DNA from: Euglena gracilis
Taxonomy: Eukaryota
Direction of reading: 5' to 3'
Assembly: GCA_039621445.1 (NCBI GenBank)
Contig: CP154954.1
Span: forward strand, 12,456,716 to 12,520,715
Length of the DNA: 64,000 nucleotides
Shown: positions 1 through 11,100 of the stretch, one piece after another
How positions within the stretch are numbered: the first letter of the stretch is position 1
Layout of the letters: every line of letters starts with the position of its first letter
Translations under genes and position numbers: made by a program
The notes under the pieces: generated by a model
Databases searched by the model: none
Seen by the model: the letters and a program-made list of their open reading frames with translations, nothing else
What the model was told of the DNA's origin: nothing

Positions 1-53
1 CGGACACACGGACCAGCTCACTCTCCCGCCGGCCGCCGTGGCGCGGCAGCGGT

Positions 54-3000
54 GGCGCCGTGCTCACGCAGAACGTGGACGGGCTGCACGCGGCGGCGGG
101 CAGCCGGGCCGTCACGGAGCTGCACGGCAACGCCCGCTCCGTAGTCTGCCTCCAGGTCCCTTGCCCCATCCCTCACCGCTGTGATGGGGGGCCAGGACGT
201 CTTAGCAGGACCTTTAAGCTGTAGGAACCCATCCCCCCCGGGGGGGGGGGTGGCTTTTCCAGCCAGCCCATATTTTCCAGCCTCTGAGCTGGACCCAGGG
301 ATATGAAGGCGGTCAGTATTGGGTATGGGGGGCGACCCCCCCCCCCCGGGCGGGCGGTGAGGTGGGGGTGTAAGGGGTACCTGGCCACTCACCATACAGC
401 AAACTGGGCCAGAAGCAAAGTTACCGCCGGCCATGAACAGAGACACAGCCATAGTGCAACTAGGGGGGTGGTAAAGTGATAGGGGGGATCTGGATCCCCA
501 TGTGTTGGAGGGGGATCTGGATCCGGACCCCCCCTCCTCGGCAGGTTCCAAAAGCGTGAACTTTTTTCCAGTGCTGCCACCGGAAAATGAGCAAAAAAAA
601 ACACGTTTTGCTTCACTTTTGAGCATATTGCCTATCTTTTGATGTTTTTGTGTTTTCCAAGTCAGAAGTGTTCAATTTTTTAAAAAAAAACATTTCAAAG
701 AAAAATCAGGGGTGTCCAACAATTTTGGCCTTGTATCTGGCCCTTTGCCTGTCCACAAAACCAAAAAAATTCCGGCCATATCAGTTTCGATGTGGGGGGG
801 GGGGGCTACCCCCCCAAGGCTTCCCACCAGGCTTTTGCTTAAGGGATTGCAGTACCCCCCGGGGGGGGGGGTGGACTGCAGCTTGTCCAAATTTGGCTGG
901 TGGGTTTTCTAGCAGACCCCCCCACCCCGGGGGGGGCTGCTAGCAGGGCTAGCTAGTGGAAATTTTTTTTCCAGTGACCGGCGCGAAGCGCCGAAAATTT
1001 TTTTTGGACCCCCAAAAATGGCCAAAAATGCCCGTTTTTGGCCATTTTTGGGAATTTTTGGAACAAAATCAGCCAAAAACCTGTTAAAAACCTCATTTTT
1101 CCTCCAGCGCGCAGCGCCGGAGGAAAATTTTTTTTCCAGTCCGGGGGACCCCCGGACACCCCCCCCGGGGGGGAGGGGGGGTCTAGCTAGTCCACTTTTT
1201 CCAGTGTCCAGCCGATTGGCTAGCCAGTACCCCCCCCCCCCGGGGGGGGCCTTAAGCAAAAGCCTGCTTCCCACACATCCCCCAGAGGTACGCTTGAGCC
1301 CTGTGGGGGGCCTCTCAGATCTGGTTGGGTCGAGCAACGACATGAAACAGGGCAGTGTCCATGGGTTTGGTGGCAATTCGTGCCCCAAGGCAAATGCGAC
1401 CGGATTGACACGAGAGGGCACCCCTTCAGGTCGACCCTTCCACCACCCTTTGCACTTCACCCAACGCCAAATCCATCCACTGCGCCCTGACCGAATCGGA
1501 AGCACGCGAGCTCCGTCGGTGTCCAATTGCCCGATGCCGCCGTCGGCAGCCACATTCCAAGTTGCTGCATCCCCTCCCTTGGCTGCACCCACTTATCGGG
1601 CCACAAATTGAAGGTCGCCGAAGGTCACAGGCCACCCCAAAAAGTTTGATTCCCCCCCCCCCCAGTTTAAAGCCCCACCTGAGGGTTTTGAAATCCTGTC
1701 CAAATTTGAAGCCGGGGGGCTTTTGTATTTGGGGGGTATTTAGGCATGCCGCGATTTCCAGTGCGTATCTTCTTCCCACGGGGGGGGGGGAGTGACCTTT
1801 GGGTGATAAGGTGGGCATCACAGAGGAGGGGGACAACTGCCCGCCCCGAAGTGGTCCAGAGCTCCTGGGCACCCCAAGACCCTTCCCAAAGGATCAGGTT
1901 TTTTTCTTCGACGCTCCAGCCGAAGGAAGCTCAGGGTTCTGGCATATTTCTACCAAATAATCATCCGTGTTATCTTTTTGGTCGATTTTGAAGGGTGAAC
2001 AAATGCGGCAGGGAGCTCCCCTGGCAGCTGGAGGGGGGGCATTGGAGTGTTGCAAGGGGGGGGGGTGACAGGGCCACCCGGTACCACTTCTCGACGTTTT
2101 GGTCCGGCGGCCCGGGAAGCGCAGCCAAAGTGGATATCTTGCACTGGATTCGGGGAGGCTGTTGTCCTATTTGTAGGAATAGGATCAGGGTTGGGATCGG
2201 CGTGCCGAAAATTGGCCAACTTCAGGGACCAGGCTAGGCCGGAAGAATGTCCACGTCTGAGAAAAATTTTGGAAATAAATTTAGCAAAAAATGTTCGAAT
2301 TCGGCCTAAATTCCTGACTGCGTCTGAAATACGGCCTCACTTTCCCCAACTTCCTAAAAATGGGAGCCCACCGAGAGTCAGGCCGGAACCCTAACCCCGG
2401 AAATAGCCCCGACTTTCCCCAAACGTGGGACTGGATGGCCCCATATGCCCTCCCCCCCCCGGTGCACCCCCCCCCCCCAAGGGGCGTTAAGGTGCTTTCT
2501 GCCACAAATTCATCCGGACGGGTTGCAGCAATGCAGCAGGAATGTGGCCACTGAAGGTGGCATCGGGAGCTCGCGTGCTTCCGATTCGGCCAGGGCGAAG
2601 TGGATGGATTTGGTTTTGCGGTGGGGGTTGAAGTGCAAAGGAGGCGGGGGGTCGACCTGAAGGGGTGCCCACTGTTACGAATTGCCACCAAACCCATGGA
2701 CGCCAGAGGTGACAGCTGCCCAAGGGAGCCAACTTCCGGTCCTCTAATCGGGGAGAAATGGCAGTGCATTTTTTCGCCAAATTCCCAAAGAAACTTTCAA
2801 AAACGTGTCCTTTCGGGGGGGGGGTGATTGTTGGAATAGGAAAACGTGTACACAAAATGGCCATGCGCGTGAATGCAGCCATGCAACAAAGTGTTTTGTT
2901 GTCGACGATGGTGGGCGATGCTGGACCCTGGGCCAGGGTTGACCAGAGGTACTCTCCCCCCCCCCCCCCCCGCAGTGCGGCGCTGTTTCGCCGCGGACGG

Positions 3001-6000
3001 AGCTGCAGCACCGCATGGCCGCCGCCAACCCACGGTGGGTGGGCCAGGCCTTAGCTTGAGGATTGCCCCCGGAGGCGGGCGGCTGGTCTGCAACCCGTCC
3101 AAACACCGACCGGTGGGATTTGTATTGGACCACCCCACCACTCTGGGGCTGCAGTGAGGGTCTGCTCTTAACCCCAGCCAAAAACGCCAGTTTTGGGCAT
3201 TTTTTGGGGGTTTCGGGAATAAAATTTGCTAAAAACACACTTGATTTCCGCATCGGTGGCCGGAGGAGGTATTTTTTTTTTTGCAGCCGGGGCGACACCC
3301 CGACGTGGCGGGGGAGGTTCGGGCCGAGCCAGTGGTGTTCCGAGCCCCAGGCAGGGGTCCTGGAGCAGACGCCTGGGGTGGGCCATGAGCTGCGGGACTG
3401 GGCCCAAATGCGGCCCGACGGGGACGCTGAGAGCAGCCTGGCCGAGGCCCCTGCCCCGCGGGGCAAGCGCCCTTCCCCCCTCCCCCCGCATCTGGCCGGG
3501 CGGGGGACAGGCTTAAACTCCCGGACCCTCCCCGATACCCCAGCCCATACCAGCCCACATCTAAACAATGCGCTTTGGTTTGAGGTCCCAGAACAACCCC
3601 CCAATTATGACATTCTTCCATTGAATATTTCCAGAATAGAGAACACATGTTAAAATAAACTTACAGAAGTGAAACACCTGATGACGTTCAGCTCCTCGGT
3701 TTGAGCGTCCAATACACAGTGTGTTAGGTATTCGCCGGAGGGGTTCATTACATACAGGGTGCTGCAAAACTGCCCCGGCCTCGAGTGCGGGCGCCTCGCG
3801 GCTGACCCCCAGCTCTTCGCCGTGCCTGACTGCACGGCGTGTGGCGGCGTGCTGAAGCCGCACGTCGTGATGTTCGGGGAGAGCATCCCCAAACACGTTG
3901 TGCAGGCGTGGCAATGCTGGCTGTTTATAATGATAATTATTGCATTATATTTACCTCCCCCCCCCCTTGTCTAAGCACCACCCTTGTTGCACCACCCCGG
4001 TTACCCATCTTTTACAGGTCATCGTCACGGGGAGGTTGTGTGCATTTTTAAGGGAAATTTCTCAGAAATTTCGAAGTTTCTGCAACTTCTGAGACCTGAT
4101 TTGGTGAGGTATTGTTGATTTCTGCATCGTGTGTAAGTTCACAGTGGACCTCCAATTAAGGGCCTTTTCGGCGCGAAGCGCCGGATTTTTTTTCCAGTCA
4201 AAATTTTCCCCCTTGTCTAAGCACCACCCCCCTGGTTCTTACCCATCTTTTCCGGTTCTTAGACAAGGGGGGGGGGAGGTATAAATATGTAATTAGATAT
4301 AATAATTATAATCAATAATATATAATAATTATATTATTATATTATAATAATAAAAATTAAATAGTCATATGTTATTATAAATGATTTTCTGCATTTATTG
4401 TATTTATTATATTTATACATTATATTTTGCATAATATTTTTTATTTGATATCATCATTCGCATACTGAATCTGAAATTCATGCAAAATGTGAGTCGTTTG
4501 ACAACAAGAGACAGGACGTTCTCTGGCAAATCTTTCCAAGTCTTGTCGCCAAGAGCCGGTGTTTCTCTCAGCGGGCGCAACTCCGACCCCATTTCGTCCC
4601 TTCGTCCCTGCCCAATCCATGACCTTTCTCTTGTAGTGCGGCTACGAGCAGTCCAGGCTGGCTCCTCCACAGCTTGCTGGCATAGGGCAGGGGGGAATCG
4701 ATAACCGCAGTTTGCCGCAATTTGCCCGCCGGCCTCCGATATCAATTCCCCCTCCGACGTGGGGCGTTTCTGATGCATAGAATGCCGGTCTGTTTTGGAA
4801 CAGAATACGCGGTACTCTGCCGCCCCCACAGGGTGCGTGTGGTGGTAGTGTGGCCAACTGAAAAGGCGTGTTGCTGCTTGTCCGTTGCTGGCAAGGGAAC
4901 GGCATTTGCCCCAAACGGCCTCGCTGGGGGATGGCTCTCCGGTGGGGGCGGTCTGCCCCCGCTGGACCAGAGTGACTTACTCCTGGCCCTGGGCACGTCG
5001 CTGCAGGTCCCGTCCATCTTTCGGTATGCCCTCGGCCCAAAGTGTCGGGGCCCCCCTTCTTCTGTTCTTAAATAACACACTATTTTTTTGATTGGCACCT
5101 TCTCTGGTGGGCTGAAGTCAATCTGGTTCACATCTGTCCTATCCAGGGTTTTTTTTTAGTCTTGGACCACGGGGGGGGGGGGGGGGGGGGTAGCCGGCCG
5201 CGCCCGTGGGGCGGGGGTGGGAGATAATACTTTTCGGCGGTGAAATTTTTTTGAAAAGGTGCTATTTTTAGCATTTTTCGCGATTGTTTGGCCACTTGCG
5301 GGGAAATTTGTTTGGGCCCCCGGGGACCCGCCCCCCCGGCCCCCCAGGGGGTGGGTGCAGGGTTCGATATAAGGAGGGCGTACATGGTTTAGGTGGGGGG
5401 GGTGTCCCCCCCAACCCCCCCCCCCCCGCATGGCCCGCAGGGGGGGGTCCGGCCGACCCCCCCCCCCCACCCGCAATGGGTGCCCGGACCGACCCTCGCG
5501 GGCTACCCGGGACCCCCCCCCAAAAAGGGTCAATTTTTTCCTCCGGCGCTTTGCGCCGAAAATTTTTTGCATTTTTGGCCAATTTTTGCCCAAAAAGTGC
5601 CCAAAATGGCACTTTTGGTCGTTTTGGGGGGTCAAAATTTTTCGGCCCGGCGCTTCGCGCCGGGCCGAAAATCGGTCACCCTGACCGCTCCACTGTTTAG
5701 GGGGGGGGGGGTGTCCCCCCCCACCCCCCCCCCCTCCTGGCCCGCAGGGGGGGGGTCCGGACCACCCCCCCCTCCTCTCCTTATATCGAACCCTGGGTGG
5801 GTGGGGGGACCTTCCCTTCCCCCCAGGTCTTAAAAAAGCCCTGGCCCCATCTCCTGCGTATCCCCTGCCATGGCCCAGGTACATCCGCCACGCCCACGCC
5901 AACAAGGTGCCCATCGTCATCGCCAACGTTGGGCCCACGCGCGGCGACGACCTGGCCTGCCTGAAGGTGGAGGCCCGCTGCGGGGAGGTCGCCGCCCACC

Positions 6001-6017
6001 TGCGCTCCTGCGCGTGA
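54..6017 (+). CDS. SIRT4: SIRT4-like (class II) NAD-dependent sirtuin, 3' portion of a multi-exon gene (5' end outside window)
   Basis: Exons: ~54-155 [34 protein letters not shown]; 2976-3038 [21 protein letters not shown]; 3351-~3440 AGVLEQ...[11 protein letters not shown]; ~3801-3905 [29 protein letters not shown]; 4961-5023 [21 protein letters not shown]; 5879-6017 [24 protein letters not shown]...CA*. Shows [10 protein letters not shown], two CxxC zinc motifs, PDGD, KPxVVMFGE, GTSL and NxGPTR. GT-AG introns 156-2975, 3039-3350 and 5024-5878 keep the frame. Confidence 0.93.
828..1266. mobile_element. hAT-like MITE, family A
   Basis: TIR CAGGCTTTTGCTTAAGG / CCTTAAGCAAAAGCCTG; exact 8-bp TSD CTTCCCAC (820-827, 1267-1274). 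Confidence 0.92.
3954..4279. mobile_element. TA-flanked MITE (Tc1/mariner/pogo-like)
   Basis: TIR CCTCCCCCCCCCCTTGTCTAAG / CTTAGACAAGGGGGGGGGGAGG; TA on both sides. Confidence 0.8.
5144..5843. mobile_element. Older hAT-like MITE hosting a nested element
   Basis: Ends CAGGGTTTTTTTTTAG / CTTAAAAAAGCCCTG; degenerate TSD GTCCTATC / GCCCCATC. Confidence 0.7.
5358..5795. mobile_element. hAT-like MITE, family B (nested)
   Basis: TIR CAGGGTTCGATATAAGG / CCTTATATCGAACCCTG; exact TSD GGTGGGTG. Confidence 0.92.
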
Positions 6018-6984
6018 CACTGCGTCATACCGAACCCTGTTTCCGTTTCACACAACACAGCACACACAACTGCAAAATACCCCTCCCCCAGACTGTTTGG
6101 TCGAGAGCCCTTGGCGTCTCATCATCCTCCTGCTTGACCCCCCCATTTGGGTGCCTATCACCCCCCTGCCAGGTTGTTGATGTTCCATGTGAGACATGCC
6201 CAAGCTTCGTGTGAAACATGTCTTCTGGCGCAGTCAGGACACCCAGTGGTCAAAGTTTTCACAGTTGCCCCTGCGGTCGTAGGGCACAAGACCGCATCCT
6301 GAATACATTTGACGGATCTCGGCGCAACTGCTTGGGACTGTCAAAAAGTGGTAACTTTGTGCGGTTCGATTTGTCCTATTGGGCGGAATTTTGGCCTAAG
6401 ATCAGGTATCATTTGATTCGAATTCTCTCAATAAAAAAAACACCTAGGATTACGCGGTATGCGGTCGCCCCAGCTGAAACCCTGACCCCATCAGGAGGAT
6501 ACCAACTTAGGCGGCCTGATCTCGCACTTGGTTGCGCAAAATCCAATCCTGAGTTATGAATAAATTACATCCAATCTGTTCCTGGAAATGAAGGCACTTT
6601 ATAGGTATACTTCAGACTCTTTATGGGTTGGACAATGAAGATGGCGCCCCTTCCCCCACGTTTTACAGCTTCTTGTAAATGTCTGCCAAGTAATCCCCCA
6701 AAGGCCTCCAAAATGAACAAACCTTCTTATGAGGAGAAAGAAGGTCGAGCTTGTTTTTTTCAACACAACGTCACAAAGACAGTTAGTGGTAATGATAAAT
6801 CTTGTTTTCAGGATCCACCATTGGTTTGAATACAAATGAGCTTTGGTGCTCCAGAAATGAACGTGAACAAAAAAATAATCTCTGTAAAAAGAGTCGGGGG
6901 CTTGATGGCTTTGCTTTTCACCCAGTTTCAGCCTGCTGTTCCCTTCACCGTTTATGTTATTGGTTTTTTTGGTCTGCAGCCGGC

Positions 6985-9850
6985 ATGGCTCTCCGCCGAT
7001 GCTCTTCTCCGATGGAAAACGGCGAAGTGGCCATTTCCATCGAGGGCCCCGCGGTCTTGCATTCCGCGGCGCCCAGCGGTCTGCCCATTCGCTTCTTCGT
7101 GGCGGTGACGCTGCCCCGTGGACAGGGCGGCTGTGTGCGGGGTGGGGGATGGCGGCCAAGGCAAACACATCTCGTTGTAGCACAGTTACGGCATCGGCAT
7201 CTGTCATTCCACGAGTCATACATCTCATTGAGGTTTTGCAGTGGGTGCCGACCCCCTCCCCCCCCCTCCCGGTCTTAAAAAACCCCTGTTTGTGATGGTT
7301 TTCTAGATTTCTTTGATGTGAATTGGTTTCCATTTTGGACAAACAGGGTGATAAATACGTAGCCATTTTTTTTCTGTGCAACTGAGGACTGTGACCATTT
7401 TTGAATACCTTTTTATTTTGTGCCGGTGGCAAGGTTCTGTCAGCTGCTGATGGAACCCGATCAACCACCTCTTTAAGGACCCCAGGGGGATTGCTGGAGT
7501 GCTGAAAATTTGGGCTGGCTGTCCAGCCTTTGGCTGGCTGGGCTAGCAGCGACCCCTGGCAGGGGGGGGGAGAGCTGCTGGGCCAAACAAAGTTTGGTAG
7601 GTTGACTCAGTTTTTGACAGGGATGGGATCATATCCAGGCATTTGCGTAAGGGATTGCAGTACCCCCCCGGGGGGGGTGGACAGCAACTAGTCCAAATTT
7701 GGCTAGTGGGATTTCTAGCAGACCCCCCCGGGGGGGGGTTTGCAAGCAGGGCTAGCTAGTGGAAAATTTTTTTCCAGTGACCGGCGGCGCGAAGCGCGGA
7801 AAATTTTTTTGGGACCCCCAAAAATGGCCAAAAATGCCCGTTTTTGGCCATTTTTGGGAATTTTTGGAACAAAATCAGCCAAAAACCTATTAAAACCCTC
7901 ATTTTTCCTCCGGCGCTGTGCGCCGGAGGAAAATTCTTTTCCAGTTCGGGGGACTCCCAGACCCCCCCCCCCCCCCCCGGGGGGGGGCGGGGGGGTCTAG
8001 CTAGTCCATTTTTTCCTGTGTCTAGCCGATTGGCTAGCCAGCACCCCCCCCCCCCCCCGGGTCCTTAAGCAAATGCCTGATCATATCGCGCCCCAGTATT
8101 CTGTTCTGTTATCTTTTTCTCTGCCACCATGTTGTTGGGTCGCTACTTTCCTCTTTGTCTTCCCCCCCTCCTCTGCCATCCCCCTACCAAAGCCTAATCT
8201 CTTCAAAACTGGCTTCACCTTGAATCCTTGTGGGATTCTACCTTGGCCAAAACAAAGACTATATCACAGTTCTCACATCATTGACCCTGCTCATGATCGT
8301 TCGGAAACCCGCCCATCTGAAGGCCCTGTGGTGGTGCGCTTTGGCAGGTGACTCCCTCATTGTTCCCATTTTGGAGGTCCTCGTGAAACACACACGAAAC
8401 GGTCCACACTGGGAAACGATCCCCCCCCCTTCGGAGAAACATTCACCAGAAACATCAGAAATACACGGAATCCATCCGCTGCTGTTCCTCAGGCACGAGA
8501 GCATTGGCGACCTAAAGGACCACCTCCGGCAAACCGTCCTGCCGGAGGGCAACTGGAATGTGCGACTGGTGGTGCAAGGTCCGACGGTGTTGTGTCTTCC
8601 TCTTGGCGCTCTACCATTTCCACCATACATCTCTTTAAGGACCCCGGGGGGGGGTTGCTGGGCTAGGGCTAGAAATTTGGCTGGCTAGAAATTTGGGCTG
8701 GCTAGAAATTTGGGCTGGCTAGCCCGCCCCCCCCCCCCCAGGGGGGGGGGGGGGCTGGACCCCGGCTGGACCCGAACCGGGGCGAGCTGGACTGAAATCG
8801 GAAAAACGCCCAAAAATGTCCTGCAGAACACAGTTTTGAAAAAATGATGCATCTGAAACCCCCCAAAAATGGCCCAAATGCCCCCCCAAACCCCATTTTT
8901 GGCCACTTTTGAACACAGTTTTTCAAAAAATTTCGGCGCTTGCGCCGAAAATTTTTGGGCTGGACCCCCAAAAAGGGGCTGGCTAGCTAGGGCTAGCAGA
9001 AAACCCCCCCCCCCCGTGGAGGAGGGGGCGGCTGGGGCTGGGCTGCGCCCAAATGGTGGCTGGCTGGCCCCCCCCCCCCCGGGGGGGTTCGCAAAACCTT
9101 AGAGAGATGTATGATTTCCACACCATTTTTTTTTTCGCAGGGCTGCCCACCCTCCCGGAAGTTGCTCTTCCCCTCTTTGCTCGTTGACCTGTCCTCTTGG
9201 AAAGCGTCTCCTCGCCTTGCACCCACCAACCTGATATCGCAATTCCTCTTCTTTGAAAACAATAATGATTTTCTGAGGTTTAGAAATTTGAGTCTTGTCT
9301 CCAGGCTTCTGAATTTTTTTTGGATTTTTGTGTTGGTTGGTCGAAAGATGTGCACCTTTTCCCTCAGACCTGACCCCCCCCCCCAGGAAATTGTCCCTGC
9401 TGCGAACTTGCTGACCTGTCCTCATAGGCGCAGGTCTCCTACCAGTTTCCCTGAGGGGTTCGTTCCCCTGTCTAAGGCACACCGTGCCATCGACCCTCTG
9501 TGCCAACAGCACTTTCTGGGGCAACAGGGGCTTCTCATTCATGCATTGTGGCATTGACTCACCGTGTCATTGAACCCCCCCCTGTCAACTGCACATCCGT
9601 AGAACATTTCTGTGCCTTGGACAAGGGAGGAGGAATGGGTCCACGGTGGCAGTTAGCGAGTCCCGGCGGAGAATAGTTTCGCAGGGAGCATAAAGCTTCG
9701 CCCATTTTCACCCCTCGAGCACTGCCCCATTTCAAACCCGTCCATCCTCAACAGCCGCTCTCCGCAGGCCGACAGTGCTCCGACGGCCACACCCTGCAAC
9801 AGGCAGGCATCACGTACGGCGGCAAGGTGTTGGCCATCTGCTCCCCGCCC
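6985..9850 (+). CDS. Ubiquitin-like domain protein, multi-exon; 3' end uncertain (possible further exons near 10620-10670 and 11905-12110)
   Basis: ATG 6985 follows a T-tract plus CAG. Exon 6985-~7119 ends ...PIRFFVAVTLP; possible micro-exon 8334-8347 (VRFGR); exon 8493-8578 HESIGDLKDHLRQTVLPEGNWNVRLVVQG; GT-AG intron 8579-9767; exon from 9768 RQCSDGHTLQQAGITYGGKVLAICSP. This resembles the ubiquitin pattern TIxxLK...RLIFxGKQLxDxxTLxxxGI. Confidence 0.7.
7636..8079. mobile_element. hAT-like MITE, family A (homologue of 828-1266)
   Basis: TIR CAGGCATTTGC / GCAAATGCCTG; exact TSD ATCATATC; interior closely matches 828-1266. Confidence 0.92.
8624..9113. mobile_element. hAT-like MITE with CAT...ATG ends
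   Basis: TIR CATACATCTCTTTAAGG / CCTTAGAGAGATGTATG; exact TSD ATTTCCAC. Confidence 0.9.
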
Positions 9851-11100
9851 GGCCCAATTCTTGTGGAAGGGTCGGTGTGTGGGTGGGTTGGGTGAGGTCT
9901 ACCGACCCCCTGCCACCCTGTTGACAACGACGATGCTGTGTGTGGGGGGGGTCCCGACCATGTGTGCCAAAATTTAGGCCAAAAACCTTGTCCTCCTTCG
10001 CGGATTGAAAGTTGGGGCACTCTTGGGTGCACTGTGAAACAGGGGCAGTTGCACCAGTAATTTGTTACTTGTGGGCTGTTTTCTTTGGCCAATGGACAAT
10101 ATCCAAGCATTTTTGGAATGTTTCTGGCAGCACAGTATCAACTCAGCAATCAACTGGTCCAGGGAGACCAAAACTACATTAAGGAGAAATCTACACTCAA
10201 GCAACAGTAAAAATGCGCATGGCATTCTCCTTCACCTCCAACGCCCGCTGTTCACAATGTGCGCTGTCGAACAGCCTATTCTGATTGGCAGTTCTGATTG
10301 GCCGATCTGGACCGAAACGCCGCAAGGTATTTGCATATTATTATGATGGTTCGAAATGCAGTGTCTGAATATTCGCAAAACTGTTAACCTCCCCCCCATT
10401 TGCAAAACCCCCGGGGTTTATTGGATCAGATCAGCTGAAGAGGTACAGGTGGTCAAGGGTTTGCTGGTGAGAATCCAACCCCAAAATGCCCGCAAGCCCT
10501 GTGTTGTCAAGTTTTGGCAAACTTTGTCAATAATGGCATTTTTGCTCATGGGTGTTCACATGGCATTTGCCAAAAATCAGTTTGGGGATTTTGCGCGCTG
10601 AAAACCGTGCCCAGCGCCCTTCGTTTTTGTTCATCGGGGGCGGGTTATACGTCGTGCTTTGGTTGGTCGTCCTGGGGGTTTTCTCAAGCGGGGGGGGGGG
10701 GGGGGGATTAGCACGTGGGCTGGAGGGCGGGAGCCCCTTGGGGATGAGCCGCTGCCAGCGAACACGACGGCCCGCCCGGCCATGCCCGCCCCGGTGTCCA
10801 ACGCCTTCCGGTGCCTCGTCGCCTGCGCCACAGTAGCCCAGAGGTTTCGACCCCAAGACCCTCTCGGGATTAGGCACCTCCCCCCATGCCGTCTCCCCCA
10901 AGCCGTGGTGCCCGCCCCGCCTTGACTGCCCTTTCAGGTGTTAAAAAACCGCTGCTGCGGTCCTTAGCAGGATGAGGGCTATGCTGCGGGGCGCCAGGGC
11001 GGCGTGGCATCCGAAGCACCCAGACCGGCAACGGCCCGCCTTTCGCTCCGCACCTGAAAGTGTTCCGGTGGCCGAGTCGAGAAACACCTGCTTTTTTTAT

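Noticed and set aside
839-1255. TTAA at both ends suggesting piggyBac
   Set aside because: TTAA lies inside a longer TIR. The true boundary is CAG...CTG with an 8-bp TSD.
5156-6067. 303-aa minus-strand ORF and similar Gly/Pro-rich ORFs elsewhere (e.g. 59894-60856, 60787-61719)
   Set aside because: Stop-poor MITE sequence with poly-G/C. Only short embedded exons are coding.
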